From a bacterium (lineage in GTDB: Bacteria; Zhuqueibacterota; Zhuqueibacteria; Oceanimicrobiales; Oceanimicrobiaceae): a stretch of 64,000 nt of DNA. The position numbers and the translations under genes were made by a program. Every line of letters begins with the position of its first letter. Within the stretch, counting starts at the first letter, position 1. The notes beneath the pieces were generated by a model. It searched no databases. It saw only the letters and a program-made list of their open reading frames with translations, and had not been told where the DNA came from. Location: NCBI GenBank assembly GCA_037446635.1, contig JBBIIG010000002.1:128001-192000 (forward strand), in the 5' to 3' direction. Below are positions 9,659 to 21,321 of the stretch, one piece after another.

Positions 9659-10906
9659 TCAGGCGTTCATGGATTCCAGAAAATCGCGGTTGTTTTTGCT
9701 GCCGCGCATGCGTTCCAAAAGAAATTCCATGGCTTCAACCGGATTCAACTCAGCGAGGAATTTGCGCAAAATCCACACGCGATTCAGCTCGAATTCGTCC
9801 AATAACAATTCTTCTTTGCGGGTGCCGGATTTGTTGACGTCGATGGCGGGGAAAATGCGGCGGTCGGAGAGCCGGCGATCGAGCTGCAATTCCATGTTGC
9901 CGGTGCCTTTGAATTCTTCGAAGATGACTTCATCCATGCGGCTGCCGGTGTCGATGAGCGCGGTGGCGATGATGGTGAGGCTGCCGCCTTCTTCGATGTT
10001 GCGGGCGGAGCCGAAGAAGCGCTTGGGGCGCTCGAGGGCGGTGGCGTCCAAACCGCCGGAGAGGATTTTGCCGCTGTGCGGGACCACGGCGTTGTGGGCA
10101 CGCGCCAGGCGGGTGATGCTGTCCAATAGAATTACCACGTCCTGGCCGTATTCCACCAAGCGCTTGGCTTTTTCCAAAACCATGTCGGCCACCTGCACAT
10201 GGCGATCGGGCGGCTCGTCAAAAGTGGAGCTGATGACCTCCGCCTTCACCGAGCGCTCCATGTCGGTCACTTCTTCGGGGCGCTCGTCGATGAGCAGAAC
10301 GATCATTTTAATTTCCGGATGATTCTGTGTGATGGCGTTGGCAATTTTTTGCAGCAGAATGGTCTTGCCGGTTTTAGGTTGAGCGACGATTAAACCGCGC
10401 TGGCCTTTGCCAATGGGAGTGAGCAAATTCATGACGCGGGTGGAATAATCTTTACTGTTGTGTTCGAGATTGACTTTTTTGTTGGGATAAAGGGGCGTGA
10501 GGTTGTCGAAAAGAATTTTCTTCTTGGCTTCTTCGGGATTCTCAAAGTTGACGGCCTCAACTTTCAGCAGGGCGAAGAAGCGCTCGCCTTCCTTGGGCGG
10601 TCGGATTTGCCCGGAGACGGTGTCGCCGGTTCGCAGGCCGAATCTTTTAATTTGCGACGGCGAAACGTAAATATCGTCCGGGCCGGGCAGGTAGTTGTAA
10701 TCCGTCGAACGCAAAAAGCCGTAGCCGTCCGGCAGCACTTCCAAAACGCCCTCGGCGAATATCAAGCCCTCCTGTTTGGTCTGTTCTTCGAGAATGCGGA
10801 AAATCAGCTCCTGCTTTCTCAGACCGGTGGCGCCCGGTACGTTCAGCTCCTGCGCCATTTTGGTGAGCTCAGAAATTTTTTTGTTTTTGAGTTCTACGAT
10901 CTCCAT
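9659..10906 (-). CDS. rho: Transcription termination factor Rho
   Basis: [27 protein letters not shown] and [10 protein letters not shown] motifs. Confidence 0.98.
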   Translation of the reverse strand: MEIVELKNKKISELTKMAQELNVPGATGLRKQELIFRILEEQTKQEGLIFAEGVLEVLPDGYGFLRSTDYNYLPGPDDIYVSPSQIKRFGLRTGDTVSGQIRPPKEGERFFALLKVEAVNFENPEEAKKKILFDNLTPLYPNKKVNLEHNSKDYSTRVMNLLTPIGKGQRGLIVAQPKTGKTILLQKIANAITQNHPEIKMIVLLIDERPEEVTDMERSVKAEVISSTFDEPPDRHVQVADMVLEKAKRLVEYGQDVVILLDSITRLARAHNAVVPHSGKILSGGLDATALERPKRFFGSARNIEEGGSLTIIATALIDTGSRMDEVIFEEFKGTGNMELQLDRRLSDRRIFPAIDVNKSGTRKEELLLDEFELNRVWILRKFLAELNPVEAMEFLLERMRGSKNNRDFLESMNA

Positions 10907-11235
10907 GTGAATTCCTCGAATTTAAATTTAAAATTTAAGTTGTATTTATAACACTGCAAGTAGTCTTCAGTGAAGGAAATGCCAAAAAGTGACCAAATTC
11001 GCGGGAGGACAAGGCAAGCCCAAATCTTCCCAAAATTGATAGTGGATCGAACTAAAAAAATGCTTAGGAGAAAATTGATGCTTAAAGGTTATGCTTATAC
11101 TTCGTGATCTGAATTGAAAATTTAATCAAAATCTATTCAAGAACTCTGTGGGCCACATCGACAAGATTATGTTTAAACGAAATTGGGGATTAATTGCTGG
11201 GATCTCAAATTGGCCGGCTATAAAATAACGGAGGC

Positions 11236-11264
11236 AATTTATAAAAATATAGTTTCTTTGTCAA
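11236..11264 (-). promoter_or_regulatory. Sigma70-type promoter of rho, implying a long 5' leader
   Basis: TTGACA-17 bp-TAAATT overlapping the folC stop, about 330 bp upstream of the rho ATG. Confidence 0.55.
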
Positions 11265-12532
11265 GCTTTTTTATAAAATTTTAGAAAATCGCCAACCAGA
11301 TAGTGCGAGCCGGTCACACAAATCAAATCCGTTTCTCGGGCCACATGCGTTGCCTTCTCAAACGCGCGCTCAACTTTTGTAAAAACTGCCCAGCGGCTGG
11401 TGTAACGGGCAAGCGCGCGCGCAAATTCTTCGGCGGGCAGCGCTCGCTCCGAGCTGGGTGTCACCACCGCGATGAAATCCGCGTGCTTCGCAATCAGCTT
11501 GGAGATGGCTTGGTAATCTTTGTCCCGCAATAAACCGATGACCAAAATTAAGCGATCGTTTTCATACTGCTGCAACGAACGCAGCAGCGCTCTTATTCCC
11601 GCCGGATTGTGCGCCACATCGATAATAACTTTGGGCGAATCTTGCAGCTTTTGCAAGCGCGCCGGCCACGCAACGGCCTGCAAGCCGCGGTGGAGGGCTT
11701 GTTCCTCTAAAAAAATATTTTGCGTTCGCAGTACTTCCGCGGCGCTTACCGCCAGCGCAGCGTTTTTTATTTGATGATCGCCAGTGAGCGACAGTTTCAA
11801 ATTATTGAAGCGCCGGCCCGCAAAAATCAAATCAAACTCGCTGTCGGTTTCTGAGGAGCGGAGGTTTCGGATTTGGCAAATTTCTTTCGTAACATAAAAC
11901 GGCGCCGACTGATTAGCACACGCCGCGCGCAGCACCTCATTGACCTTTTTTTTGTTGGAGCCGGAAAGACAGGGAACAGCAGCTTTGATGATGCCCGCTT
12001 TTTCTTTGGTGATCTGCGCAATCGTACGCCCTAAATGATCGGTATGATCGAGATCGATTTCGGTGATGAGACTCACTTGCGGAACGATGACATTGGTGGC
12101 GTCGAATCGCCCACCCAATCCCACCTCGATGAAAGCGAGATCCACTTGCTCGTCGGCGAAATATTGAAACGCGATGGCGGTCAGCGCTTCGAAGTAGGTG
12201 CAATTGATGCGCTGCATTCGTTCGCGATTTCGCTCGAGGTAGTGGGCTAATAAGGTTTTCGGGATATCGGCTCCATTCACTTTGATGCGCTCGGTGACCT
12301 CCACTAAATGCGGCGAGGTATAGAGCCCGGTCTTAAACCCTCCGGCGCGAAACATGGATTCCAACATGGCGGCGGTGGAGCCTTTGCCATTGGTGCCCGC
12401 AATGTGCACGCTTTTGAATTCCAGATATGGGTTGCCCATCTGCTGCAACAACCCAGTGATCGCGTCCAGACCCAATCGCCAGCCAAACTGTAGCAGGCTA
12501 TTCAAGAATTGGAATGTATCATAATTGGACAT
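11261..12532 (-). CDS. folC: Folylpolyglutamate synthase/dihydrofolate synthase
   Basis: HIAGTNGKGS, YTSPHL, EVGLGGRFDATN and DVAHNP motifs. Confidence 0.95.
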   Translation of the reverse strand: MSNYDTFQFLNSLLQFGWRLGLDAITGLLQQMGNPYLEFKSVHIAGTNGKGSTAAMLESMFRAGGFKTGLYTSPHLVEVTERIKVNGADIPKTLLAHYLERNRERMQRINCTYFEALTAIAFQYFADEQVDLAFIEVGLGGRFDATNVIVPQVSLITEIDLDHTDHLGRTIAQITKEKAGIIKAAVPCLSGSNKKKVNEVLRAACANQSAPFYVTKEICQIRNLRSSETDSEFDLIFAGRRFNNLKLSLTGDHQIKNAALAVSAAEVLRTQNIFLEEQALHRGLQAVAWPARLQKLQDSPKVIIDVAHNPAGIRALLRSLQQYENDRLILVIGLLRDKDYQAISKLIAKHADFIAVVTPSSERALPAEEFARALARYTSRWAVFTKVERAFEKATHVARETDLICVTGSHYLVGDFLKFYKKA

Positions 12533-12549
12533 ATTGGATACAATTACTA

Positions 12550-12586
12550 TGCAAATTCTTACCTAAAATTTAGGTAAGAATTTGCA
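12550..12586. promoter_or_regulatory. Perfect 37-bp palindrome in the divergent folC/TonB-receptor region
   Basis: TGCAAATTCTTACCTAAA-A-TTTAGGTAAGAATTTGCA (18-bp arms). Confidence 0.6.
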
Positions 12587-12758
12587 CGCGCGACGTCCTC
12601 ATGTTCTGATAAAATTAGTTTTAAAAAAAATAGGGATTTATATTTCTCTTTCGTTATTATCTTAAAGGCTATTTTATTTCAATTTACATCGTGGCCAGTC
12701 TAAACAATCCTACCGTCCAATTTAGTCCTTTAGCGAGAGATAAGCAGCGCAAGCTGCA

Positions 12759-12774
12759 TGGCATATATTTTGCA
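12759..12774 (+). promoter_or_regulatory. Sigma54 (-24/-12) promoter of the TonB-dependent receptor
   Basis: TGGCATATATTTTGCA = GG-N10-GC, about 65 bp before the start codon. Confidence 0.6.
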
Positions 12775-12838
12775 AAATTTGCGAGCAAAATTATCGGCTA
12801 AAATTCAAATTTAAATACATAATCCAAGGCGAGCACGT

Positions 12839-15337
12839 TTGTACTCCGTTCTCCAGAAATTTTCGTCCCTAATTTTGTTCATCATGCTTGGTGCAAGTAC
12901 GGCGCACGCCGGCATCACCGGCACCATTTCCGGCAAAGTTCGCGATAAGGAAACGAACACCGTGCTGCCGGGCGCCGCCATCATCGTGGAGGGGACGACG
13001 ATGGGCGCAATGGCGGACAAGAACGGCTTTTACATGATTCACAATTTGCCGGCCGGCGCCTACGACGTCAGCGTCAGCATGATTGGTTATTCCAAGCTCA
13101 CCATCAAGAACGTCAAAATCAACGTCGATCTGAACACCGAATTAAACTTCTATTTGACCACCCGGGTTTTGCCGCTGGAAGAAGTGGTGGTCACCCAAAA
13201 TCGCCAACTCATCCAAAGCGAAATAACTTCTTCCACCTATTTTATATCCGGCGAAGAAATTAACCAGCGCCTGCCGATTGACTCTTACCGGGATGCGATT
13301 TCACTTTTGCCGGGCAACGTGGGCAACCACTTTCGCGGCGGCCGCGAAACCGACGTCACCTACATGCTCGATGGCCTGCCCATTCAGAGCGGACTTTCCC
13401 GGGAAATCTCCAGCTATTTTCCCAATAGCTCCATCGTGGAAATGATGGTGCAGACCGGCGGCTTCACCGCCGAGTACGGCCAGGCTTCTTCAGGCATCGT
13501 CAATGTGGTAACCAAAGACGGAAAAAACAAAGTTGAAGGCGGCATCAAAATTTATTCCGATTTCTTCGATACCGGCATCACCGGCAACGACAACACCCGC
13601 CGCCTCGATTTCAGCCTCGGCGGTCCGCTGACGATGGATTTAGGCGGCCCCCTCATCAACGCCAACTATTTTATCTCCGCTGACCTTAACTTGAGCGACA
13701 CGCCCGATCGTGAGCAATTACGGAAATCCTTCGGCTCGCCGATTTTCAAAAACTATAACATCAATTCCAAGCTGTCATTTGATATTGGCGCCAACACTAT
13801 GCTCACGTTTCAAGGGCTGCTCTCCAATTGGAGCTGGCGCCGTTTCGATCCGCAATGGGAACTCAATGTGGGCGGTCTGGCGGAAAACCGCCATTACAGC
13901 CATCGCCTCAGCGCCTCGATCACTCACACCTTTAGCTCGCGGGTCTTCGCCTCGCTGCGCTTCGCCAATTACGCCTATAAACGATCGGTGTTAGGCGAAT
14001 TTGGCGACCCCGAAAACGATCTGGTTTTTGAAACTCCCGCCGATCCCAGCACCCGCGTCATCCGCGGCGAACAACCCTGGGAAGAAGATACTCGAGAACG
14101 CATCAACCTTCTCAAGTTTGACCTGGTGGGGCAGCTGGGCTCGAATCATCTCATCAAAGCGGGAGTCGATTATCAAGATTACCAGCTTGATTCCGAAATT
14201 GAACGTTTCGATCCCATCTTTGGCCTGAACACCCAAACCCGCATTGCAGCCATCACCACCAAAAATAAATTTCACTACACCCCAAAATTCTTTGGGTTTT
14301 ACATTCAGGACAAAGTCGAGCTTGGCGGCGTGATTGCCAACCTCGGGTTGCGTTACGATGTGTTCGCGCCAACCATCACCATCGCCGAGCCGCCGCTGGA
14401 GTTTGAAATTCTGCGAACACAATTAGGGGCGCCGCCAAGCAGCGTTCAATCGATCGACCACACCCCGATCTCGCCGAGATTGGGCGTCGCCATTCCACTC
14501 TCGCATAACGAGCGCCTGCACGCCAATTACGGCTGGTATTATCAAATGCCGCCGCTTTATTATCTCTATTCGAACGCGGAGCATCAACTCAACGGCCGGC
14601 TGCCCATCATCGGCAACGTCGATTTGGAACCCATCAAAACCACTTCCGCCGAATTCAGCTACAAACGCCTGGTGTCCGACGACTTCCTGTTTGTGTTCAC
14701 CGGCTTCACCAAGCGATTCAGAAATTTGATCGACACCGAAACCTTCCTGGCCGACACGCTGAGCGGAGACAACACGACCCCCATCGGTTTCAGCCGCTAT
14801 TCCAATTCGGCCTTTGGGAAAGCCTCCGGCTTCGAAGTGACTCTGCAAAAGCGGTTTAATCAAAACCTCTCCGGCCGAGTCAGCTACACCTACATGAAAG
14901 CCACCGGCTCCAGTTCCACCGCCGAAGACGAGCTCAAGCTGGCCATCGCCGGCGCGGCGGTGGAAAAACGCGAATTTCCTTTGAGCTGGGATCAACGGCA
15001 TTCCATTATCGTGGACGCTAATTATGAAACCCGCCAAATGCAACTGAGCGTCCTCTATCGCTTGTTCAGCCCGCTGCCGTTTACCACCCCCGGCAGTCTT
15101 ACCCCCAACGATGCCCGAATGTCGTGGCGAAATATTCTCGACGTCAAAATCAGTTTTAAAAACAGGCATCTTTTGCAAGGCAAGTTTACGCCATTTTTTG
15201 AAATCCGCAATATTTTAGATCAAAACAACTTTGTGAGCCAACCGGACGATTTCGGCGCGCGCGCCTACAGCCTCTTCGATCCCATCAACTCCTATTCCGG
15301 AAGACGATTGCGATTCGGAGTCTCGTTAGATTTTTAA
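12839..15337 (+). CDS. TonB-dependent receptor with N-terminal carboxypeptidase-regulatory-like domain
   Basis: Signal peptide; GTISGKVRD; plug HFRGGR...GGFTAEYG...SGIVNVVTK; barrel SPRLG; C-terminal Phe. Confidence 0.9.
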   Translation: MYSVLQKFSSLILFIMLGASTAHAGITGTISGKVRDKETNTVLPGAAIIVEGTTMGAMADKNGFYMIHNLPAGAYDVSVSMIGYSKLTIKNVKINVDLNTELNFYLTTRVLPLEEVVVTQNRQLIQSEITSSTYFISGEEINQRLPIDSYRDAISLLPGNVGNHFRGGRETDVTYMLDGLPIQSGLSREISSYFPNSSIVEMMVQTGGFTAEYGQASSGIVNVVTKDGKNKVEGGIKIYSDFFDTGITGNDNTRRLDFSLGGPLTMDLGGPLINANYFISADLNLSDTPDREQLRKSFGSPIFKNYNINSKLSFDIGANTMLTFQGLLSNWSWRRFDPQWELNVGGLAENRHYSHRLSASITHTFSSRVFASLRFANYAYKRSVLGEFGDPENDLVFETPADPSTRVIRGEQPWEEDTRERINLLKFDLVGQLGSNHLIKAGVDYQDYQLDSEIERFDPIFGLNTQTRIAAITTKNKFHYTPKFFGFYIQDKVELGGVIANLGLRYDVFAPTITIAEPPLEFEILRTQLGAPPSSVQSIDHTPISPRLGVAIPLSHNERLHANYGWYYQMPPLYYLYSNAEHQLNGRLPIIGNVDLEPIKTTSAEFSYKRLVSDDFLFVFTGFTKRFRNLIDTETFLADTLSGDNTTPIGFSRYSNSAFGKASGFEVTLQKRFNQNLSGRVSYTYMKATGSSSTAEDELKLAIAGAAVEKREFPLSWDQRHSIIVDANYETRQMQLSVLYRLFSPLPFTTPGSLTPNDARMSWRNILDVKISFKNRHLLQGKFTPFFEIRNILDQNNFVSQPDDFGARAYSLFDPINSYSGRRLRFGVSLDF

Positions 15338-15354
15338 TCGCTATTTTTCAAACC

Positions 15355-15396
15355 AATAAAAAAGCCTGCTGGAAATCCCAACAGGCTTTTTTATTT
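15355..15396. terminator. Bidirectional intrinsic terminator
   Basis: AATAAAAAAGCCTG...CAGGCTTTTTTATT between convergent genes. Confidence 0.8.
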
Positions 15397-15417
15397 TGGG
15401 CTAACCTTGCGAAGGTT

Positions 15418-16044
15418 TTACTTAACGTATTTTTTGAAGCGCGCGTTGATGCGCTCCCAGTGCAGATTGCCCAAAAAATTATCGATGTATTTCGCGCGGC
15501 CCGGACCGTCTTTGTGATAGTAGGCGTGCTCGAAAACATCGCAGGCGATGAGGGGAACGCCGCCCCAAATGGCGCCGTACTGGTGCTCGTCAACCAGCAC
15601 GTTCAAAAGCCGCTGCGAATAGAGGGCGTCGTAAACCAACAAACCCCAACCGCTCAATTTGGCGGCCACGGCGGCGGCTTTGAAATCCGCCTTCCATTTA
15701 TCCACCGAGCCAAAATGTTTTTCGATGGCGGCTTTGATATCCGGCCCTTTGCTAACGTCGCCGTCGCCGCCTAACACTTCCCAATAAACATCGTGCAGCA
15801 GCGCGCCGGCATGATTCCAGGTAAACCGGCGTTTCAGCTCGCCGATCTCGCTCCAATTGCCGTTGGCCGCGGCGGGGTCCGCTTTTTCCAGGCCCTGCTC
15901 GATTTTATTTAAGAAAGTGACGTAACCTTTATGATGGGTATTGTAGTGCCAGTCGGTGGTTTCCGGCGAGACCACATCCTTTAGCAACTTCTTGGCGTCC
16001 TCGTCTGAATATGGTCGCGGATTGAACTTCCATTCGTAGGCCAT
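15418..16044 (-). CDS. Fe/Mn superoxide dismutase
   Basis: HYNTHHKGY, NHAG..LHDVYW and DVFEHAYY metal-ligand motifs; GGAGG RBS. Confidence 0.9.
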   Translation of the reverse strand: MAYEWKFNPRPYSDEDAKKLLKDVVSPETTDWHYNTHHKGYVTFLNKIEQGLEKADPAAANGNWSEIGELKRRFTWNHAGALLHDVYWEVLGGDGDVSKGPDIKAAIEKHFGSVDKWKADFKAAAVAAKLSGWGLLVYDALYSQRLLNVLVDEHQYGAIWGGVPLIACDVFEHAYYHKDGPGRAKYIDNFLGNLHWERINARFKKYVK

Positions 16045-16202
16045 GTTTATTACCTCCTTATATTGAATTGTGAATGGTTACTGGTTATTCAATAACTTTT
16101 TAATTTAGAAAAAAAATTTTCTAACGCAACCGCAATGATCTTTTTTAAATAGGAAAATGTAGAGCAATGATAAAGCTAATATTGCTCCTCGCGCTACTGC
16201 AC

Positions 16203-17575
16203 TTATTTTTGCATGTAGGAGACAAAATCGTTTAGTAGAATTCTTCTCCAATGGGTTCCAATTAATTCATAAGGAACGTTTCTTACGTCGATTCTTATTA
16301 GATTTTCCCGTGACCGTCGGGATGGGTCAGTTGCACTAACGCCCTTTTCTATTCCGATCTTTTTTAACAGCCCCAAAAATTCATCCAAAAATTCTTGGGC
16401 ATTGTGAGGGATACTAATTCCCATTCTCAAAAGGCTGTAAATTCCTTTTTGTTTATCGTAGATGCCATCGCTGATGGCAATTCGACTTTTGAGATCGCAA
16501 TAACCTTTGAGAAAAGCGATCATGATGTTTTTGTCGTTTGATTCCGCAATTGCTTTTGGTATGAAAGGAATCACTTTCCCTTTCTGAACGGCGAGGTCTA
16601 GATTTTTGATTTCCTCAAATATGACCGATTTTTTTTCAAAACGGATTTGAATCTGGAAATGATAACCTTCGATATGGCGAGCAGATAATCTGTCGTTTGT
16701 GCCTAATTGCGTTATCAAAAAATTGATACTTTCGCTGATGCGCTCGACATCTTTTTTGTGCGCTTCATATTGTGATATTTTGTAATCGCTGATGTCCGGA
16801 TTATAATAGTAGCCTCATAGGGTTTGCCGCGATTGGCGAGACCTCGATACAGGTCTATGGTCAGCCCTCGTTTCTTGAAGTTGATTTTGCTGTTTGCGCT
16901 CAACAGCCCCAATAAGTAAGCAAACTCATTATTGAGTATAAGTTTTTGGGATTGAACAATTTTGCCAGCGGTGATTTGAACCTGCTCTCTCAGCTTCCGG
17001 AGTTTTCTGGCCTTGCTCTCGTCGGCTTTGGTTCTTCTTTTGAAAGCTTGCTGGTAAACATCCAGCAGATTGCCATGAGTCAGAACATTAATCGAATGTT
17101 CCGCCGTCCAAAGATCATTAAAGAAATTGAGAAGGTTGTGGAAGAGCGCGTCTAGTTTGCCATAAACGCTCAGGTTGCATTCGATATTGTATTTGATTCC
17201 GCCCAAAGTGAAGTTGGAAGATCCGATGATCACTCGGTAGCGATCTTTGTTGTGAAAGAGATAGAACTTCGGGTGGTAGTGTCCCTGGCTGGCTTCGTTG
17301 CGCTTTGTAGTTATGAAAACTTTACATTCAGAATCGCCAGGAATGGTAGCGAGTTCTTCGATGACCCTTTTTTCTGTAACGAATTCTTCAATATCGAACA
17401 GCGCTCGCAATTTACCGTTGTTTCGTAAAAACGCTTGGAAATCGTCTCTAAGGGATTCAAAGGCACTACAAGATGCATAAGCGACTCCAAGATACAAACT
17501 TTCAGCCCAGCGCAGGCTCTCTTGTATGGTTTTGAAAAAACTCTCATCCGAATTCTGAAGAATGGTAATTTTCAT
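16203..17575 (-). pseudogene. PLD-family restriction endonuclease with LAGLIDADG-like C-terminal domain, split by a 1-bp frameshift near 16813
   Basis: HPKFYLF...IIGSSNFT PLD motif; adding one base at GAG-G(G)C-TAC joins ORFs 16715-17575 and 16203-16718 into 457 aa (KPYE-GYYYNPDISDY...LITQLG). Confidence 0.75.
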
Positions 17576-18393
17576 TTCTTGAAGATGAGTATAAATTCGT
17601 GAACCTTGTTAATCCTGAACACATAGGGGTAGCCTAACGGCCGCAGATTATTGTATTCCTGCCGCCGATCCCAGATGATGATGTCATCCAATGAAAATCC
17701 AATGTCCCTCATGAAACTTATGACATCGATATGGAAAGGATAGAATTCGTCTTTCTTTCTTAAATCCATTACTACCACACAACAAAATCCTCCGCGTTTT
17801 GTTACGCGATGGACTTTAGAAAAAATGTCTTTCAAGCCAGAAAGAAAGCCATCGTAAGATTTAATGTTCCCCAAATCAGCATCGACGTCGCTGTATTTTC
17901 GGATCTCTTTATAATCTGCGGATCGTTTTTGATTGAGAATGTCCCAATATGGCGGTGAAGTTACGGTTAGCTGAATCGAGTCCTCTTCAATATGATTTAA
18001 CAAGTCCCGCGCGTCTCCCTTAATCAAAAGCGGTTTATACTCATTGGTATCAAACAAATTTAAATTACTGGTTCTCTCTCGGTAAAGCTTAATGAATTTC
18101 TCTGAAAGCTCGATGCCTTTGCTGAATCTTTTAAGATTTTTGGCGGCAATAAGTGTTGATCCGCTTCCGGCAAACGGATCAAAAACGACGTCCCCCTCGT
18201 TGCTATAAATTTTGATTAATCGCTCCGGCAGCATCGTTGGAAAAATGGCGGGATGAGCCAGGCCATTTTCTTCTCCAGCTTTTCGAATATCAGACCAGAT
18301 CGAAATGGAATACTGCAGCCAGGTTTTACCATCTAATGCGATTTTAGCTTTTGACAAACCTGCCCCTCCGAAATTCAGTTCCAATTTTTTCAA
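17572..18393 (-). CDS. DNA amino-methyltransferase (SPPY, probably N4-cytosine)
   Basis: HPAIFP, FDPFAGSGST and TSPPY motifs; overlaps the start of the nuclease gene. Confidence 0.9.
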   Translation of the reverse strand: MKKLELNFGGAGLSKAKIALDGKTWLQYSISIWSDIRKAGEENGLAHPAIFPTMLPERLIKIYSNEGDVVFDPFAGSGSTLIAAKNLKRFSKGIELSEKFIKLYRERTSNLNLFDTNEYKPLLIKGDARDLLNHIEEDSIQLTVTSPPYWDILNQKRSADYKEIRKYSDVDADLGNIKSYDGFLSGLKDIFSKVHRVTKRGGFCCVVVMDLRKKDEFYPFHIDVISFMRDIGFSLDDIIIWDRRQEYNNLRPLGYPYVFRINKVHEFILIFKK

Positions 18394-18463
18394 ACTATAA
18401 AAGATTTATGAGGAATCCAAATAGTTCATTATTTTATTATTGATTGGCAAATTTATAATTGAG

Positions 18464-18533
18464 AATTCACCATTCACAATTCGTTACACCGGGCAATTGT
18501 CAATTGCGAATGGCGAATTGTTAATTGTGAATT
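18464..18533. repeat. Inverted degenerate heptamer array
   Basis: AATTCAC-CATTCAC-AATT mirrored by AATTGCGAATGGCGAATT-GTTAATT-GTGAATT. Confidence 0.6.
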
Positions 18534-18572
18534 GGGCCGCTTGAACTAAATTTGATAGTCCCGGGGACAAGT

Positions 18573-19874
<1,302 letters not shown>

Positions 19875-19907
19875 TTAATTATCGTTCAGACCAAATTTAT
19901 TCTGCCC

Positions 19908-21320
19908 CTACCAAATCGTCTCTGCCTTAATCAAATTCGTGGTGCCGGCCACGCCCACTGGCACGCCGGCAGTGATCACCACGGTGTCGCCAATTTTCGC
20001 CAAACCCGACTTGATGGCTTTGTCCATCGCTTCCTCCATCATCTCATCCGTGTTTTGAAAAACGCCGGACATAATGGGATAGACGCCCCACACTAAATTC
20101 AACCGCCGCACGACTTCTGGAATTGGGCTGAACGCGATGATGGGCTGAGCCGGCCGAAACGAGCTCACCATGCGCGCGGTGCTGCCGGACTGCGTGGGTG
20201 TGATGATCACCGCGGCCTTGAGGTCCCGCGCCATTTGATACGAAGCATGGCTCACCGCCTGCGCAATGCTGGCAACGCTGGTATCGTGCGACCGGCGATT
20301 CAACTGCGCGACCTGGCTGTTTTCGGTCACCGCGATGATATTCGCCATCGTCTTGACGGCCTCGATGGGATAATTGCCAATCGTGGTTTCTTCGGAGAGC
20401 ATCACCGCGTCGGTGCCATCGAGCACGGCGTTGGCGACGTCGTTGGCTTCGGCGCGCGTGGGCCGCGGATTTTCCACCATCGACTTCAACATCTGCGTAG
20501 CGGTGATCACCGGCTTGCTGGCCTCGTTGCACAATTTGATGATCATTTTCTGCGCCAGCGGCACGCGCTCCAACGCCGTTTCCACCGCCAAATCGCCGCG
20601 CGCCACCATGATGCCATCGGCGGCATCGATGATCTCGGCGATGTTTTCCAGCGCTTCGTGCTTTTCGATTTTGGCAATAATAGGCACGCGCTGGCTTTTT
20701 GACTCCATGAAGTCTTTGATTTCGAGAATATCGTCTTTGCGGCGCACGAAAGACACCGCGATGTAATCCACCCCATGTTCGAGGCCAAATTCCAAATCCG
20801 CGCGGTCTTTGTCCGTGAACGCTTTGACGGAAAGTGAAATGCCCGGCAGGTTGACGCCCTTATGAGATGAAAGTAGCCCGCCGACTTTCACTTTGCAGAT
20901 GACGTTTTTGGCGTCGGTTTTTTCCACCAGCAATTCGATGGCGCCGTCGGCCAGCAGGATGCGCTCGCCGGCCTGGACGTCCTTCGGTAGTTCTGGAAAC
21001 GTCACGCCCACGCGTGATTCATCGCCGGCGATGTCGTCAATCGTCAGTGTAAAAGTTTGGCCGGGCTTCAAATTCACTGGATCTTTTTTGAATTTTCCCA
21101 CCCGCAGTTTGGGGCCGGCGAGATCCTGCAAAATGGCGATGGGCTGTCCTTTTTTCTCGGCAACGTTGCGGATGCGGCGCAGCGTCTGCAGATGCTGCCC
21201 GTGGCTGCCGTGGGAAAAATTGAGGCGGGCGACGTTCATGCCGGCGTCCATAAGCTGGCCCAAAACTTCTTCGGTGTCGGTAACCGGGCCGATGGTGCAA
21301 ACGATCTTGGTTCGGCGCAT
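19908..21320 (-). CDS. pyk: Pyruvate kinase
   Basis: TKIVCTIGP, RLNFSHG, IAKIE, MVARGDL and PTRAE motifs. Confidence 0.98.
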   Translation of the reverse strand: MRRTKIVCTIGPVTDTEEVLGQLMDAGMNVARLNFSHGSHGQHLQTLRRIRNVAEKKGQPIAILQDLAGPKLRVGKFKKDPVNLKPGQTFTLTIDDIAGDESRVGVTFPELPKDVQAGERILLADGAIELLVEKTDAKNVICKVKVGGLLSSHKGVNLPGISLSVKAFTDKDRADLEFGLEHGVDYIAVSFVRRKDDILEIKDFMESKSQRVPIIAKIEKHEALENIAEIIDAADGIMVARGDLAVETALERVPLAQKMIIKLCNEASKPVITATQMLKSMVENPRPTRAEANDVANAVLDGTDAVMLSEETTIGNYPIEAVKTMANIIAVTENSQVAQLNRRSHDTSVASIAQAVSHASYQMARDLKAAVIITPTQSGSTARMVSSFRPAQPIIAFSPIPEVVRRLNLVWGVYPIMSGVFQNTDEMMEEAMDKAIKSGLAKIGDTVVITAGVPVGVAGTTNLIKAETIW

Positions 21321-21321
21321 A

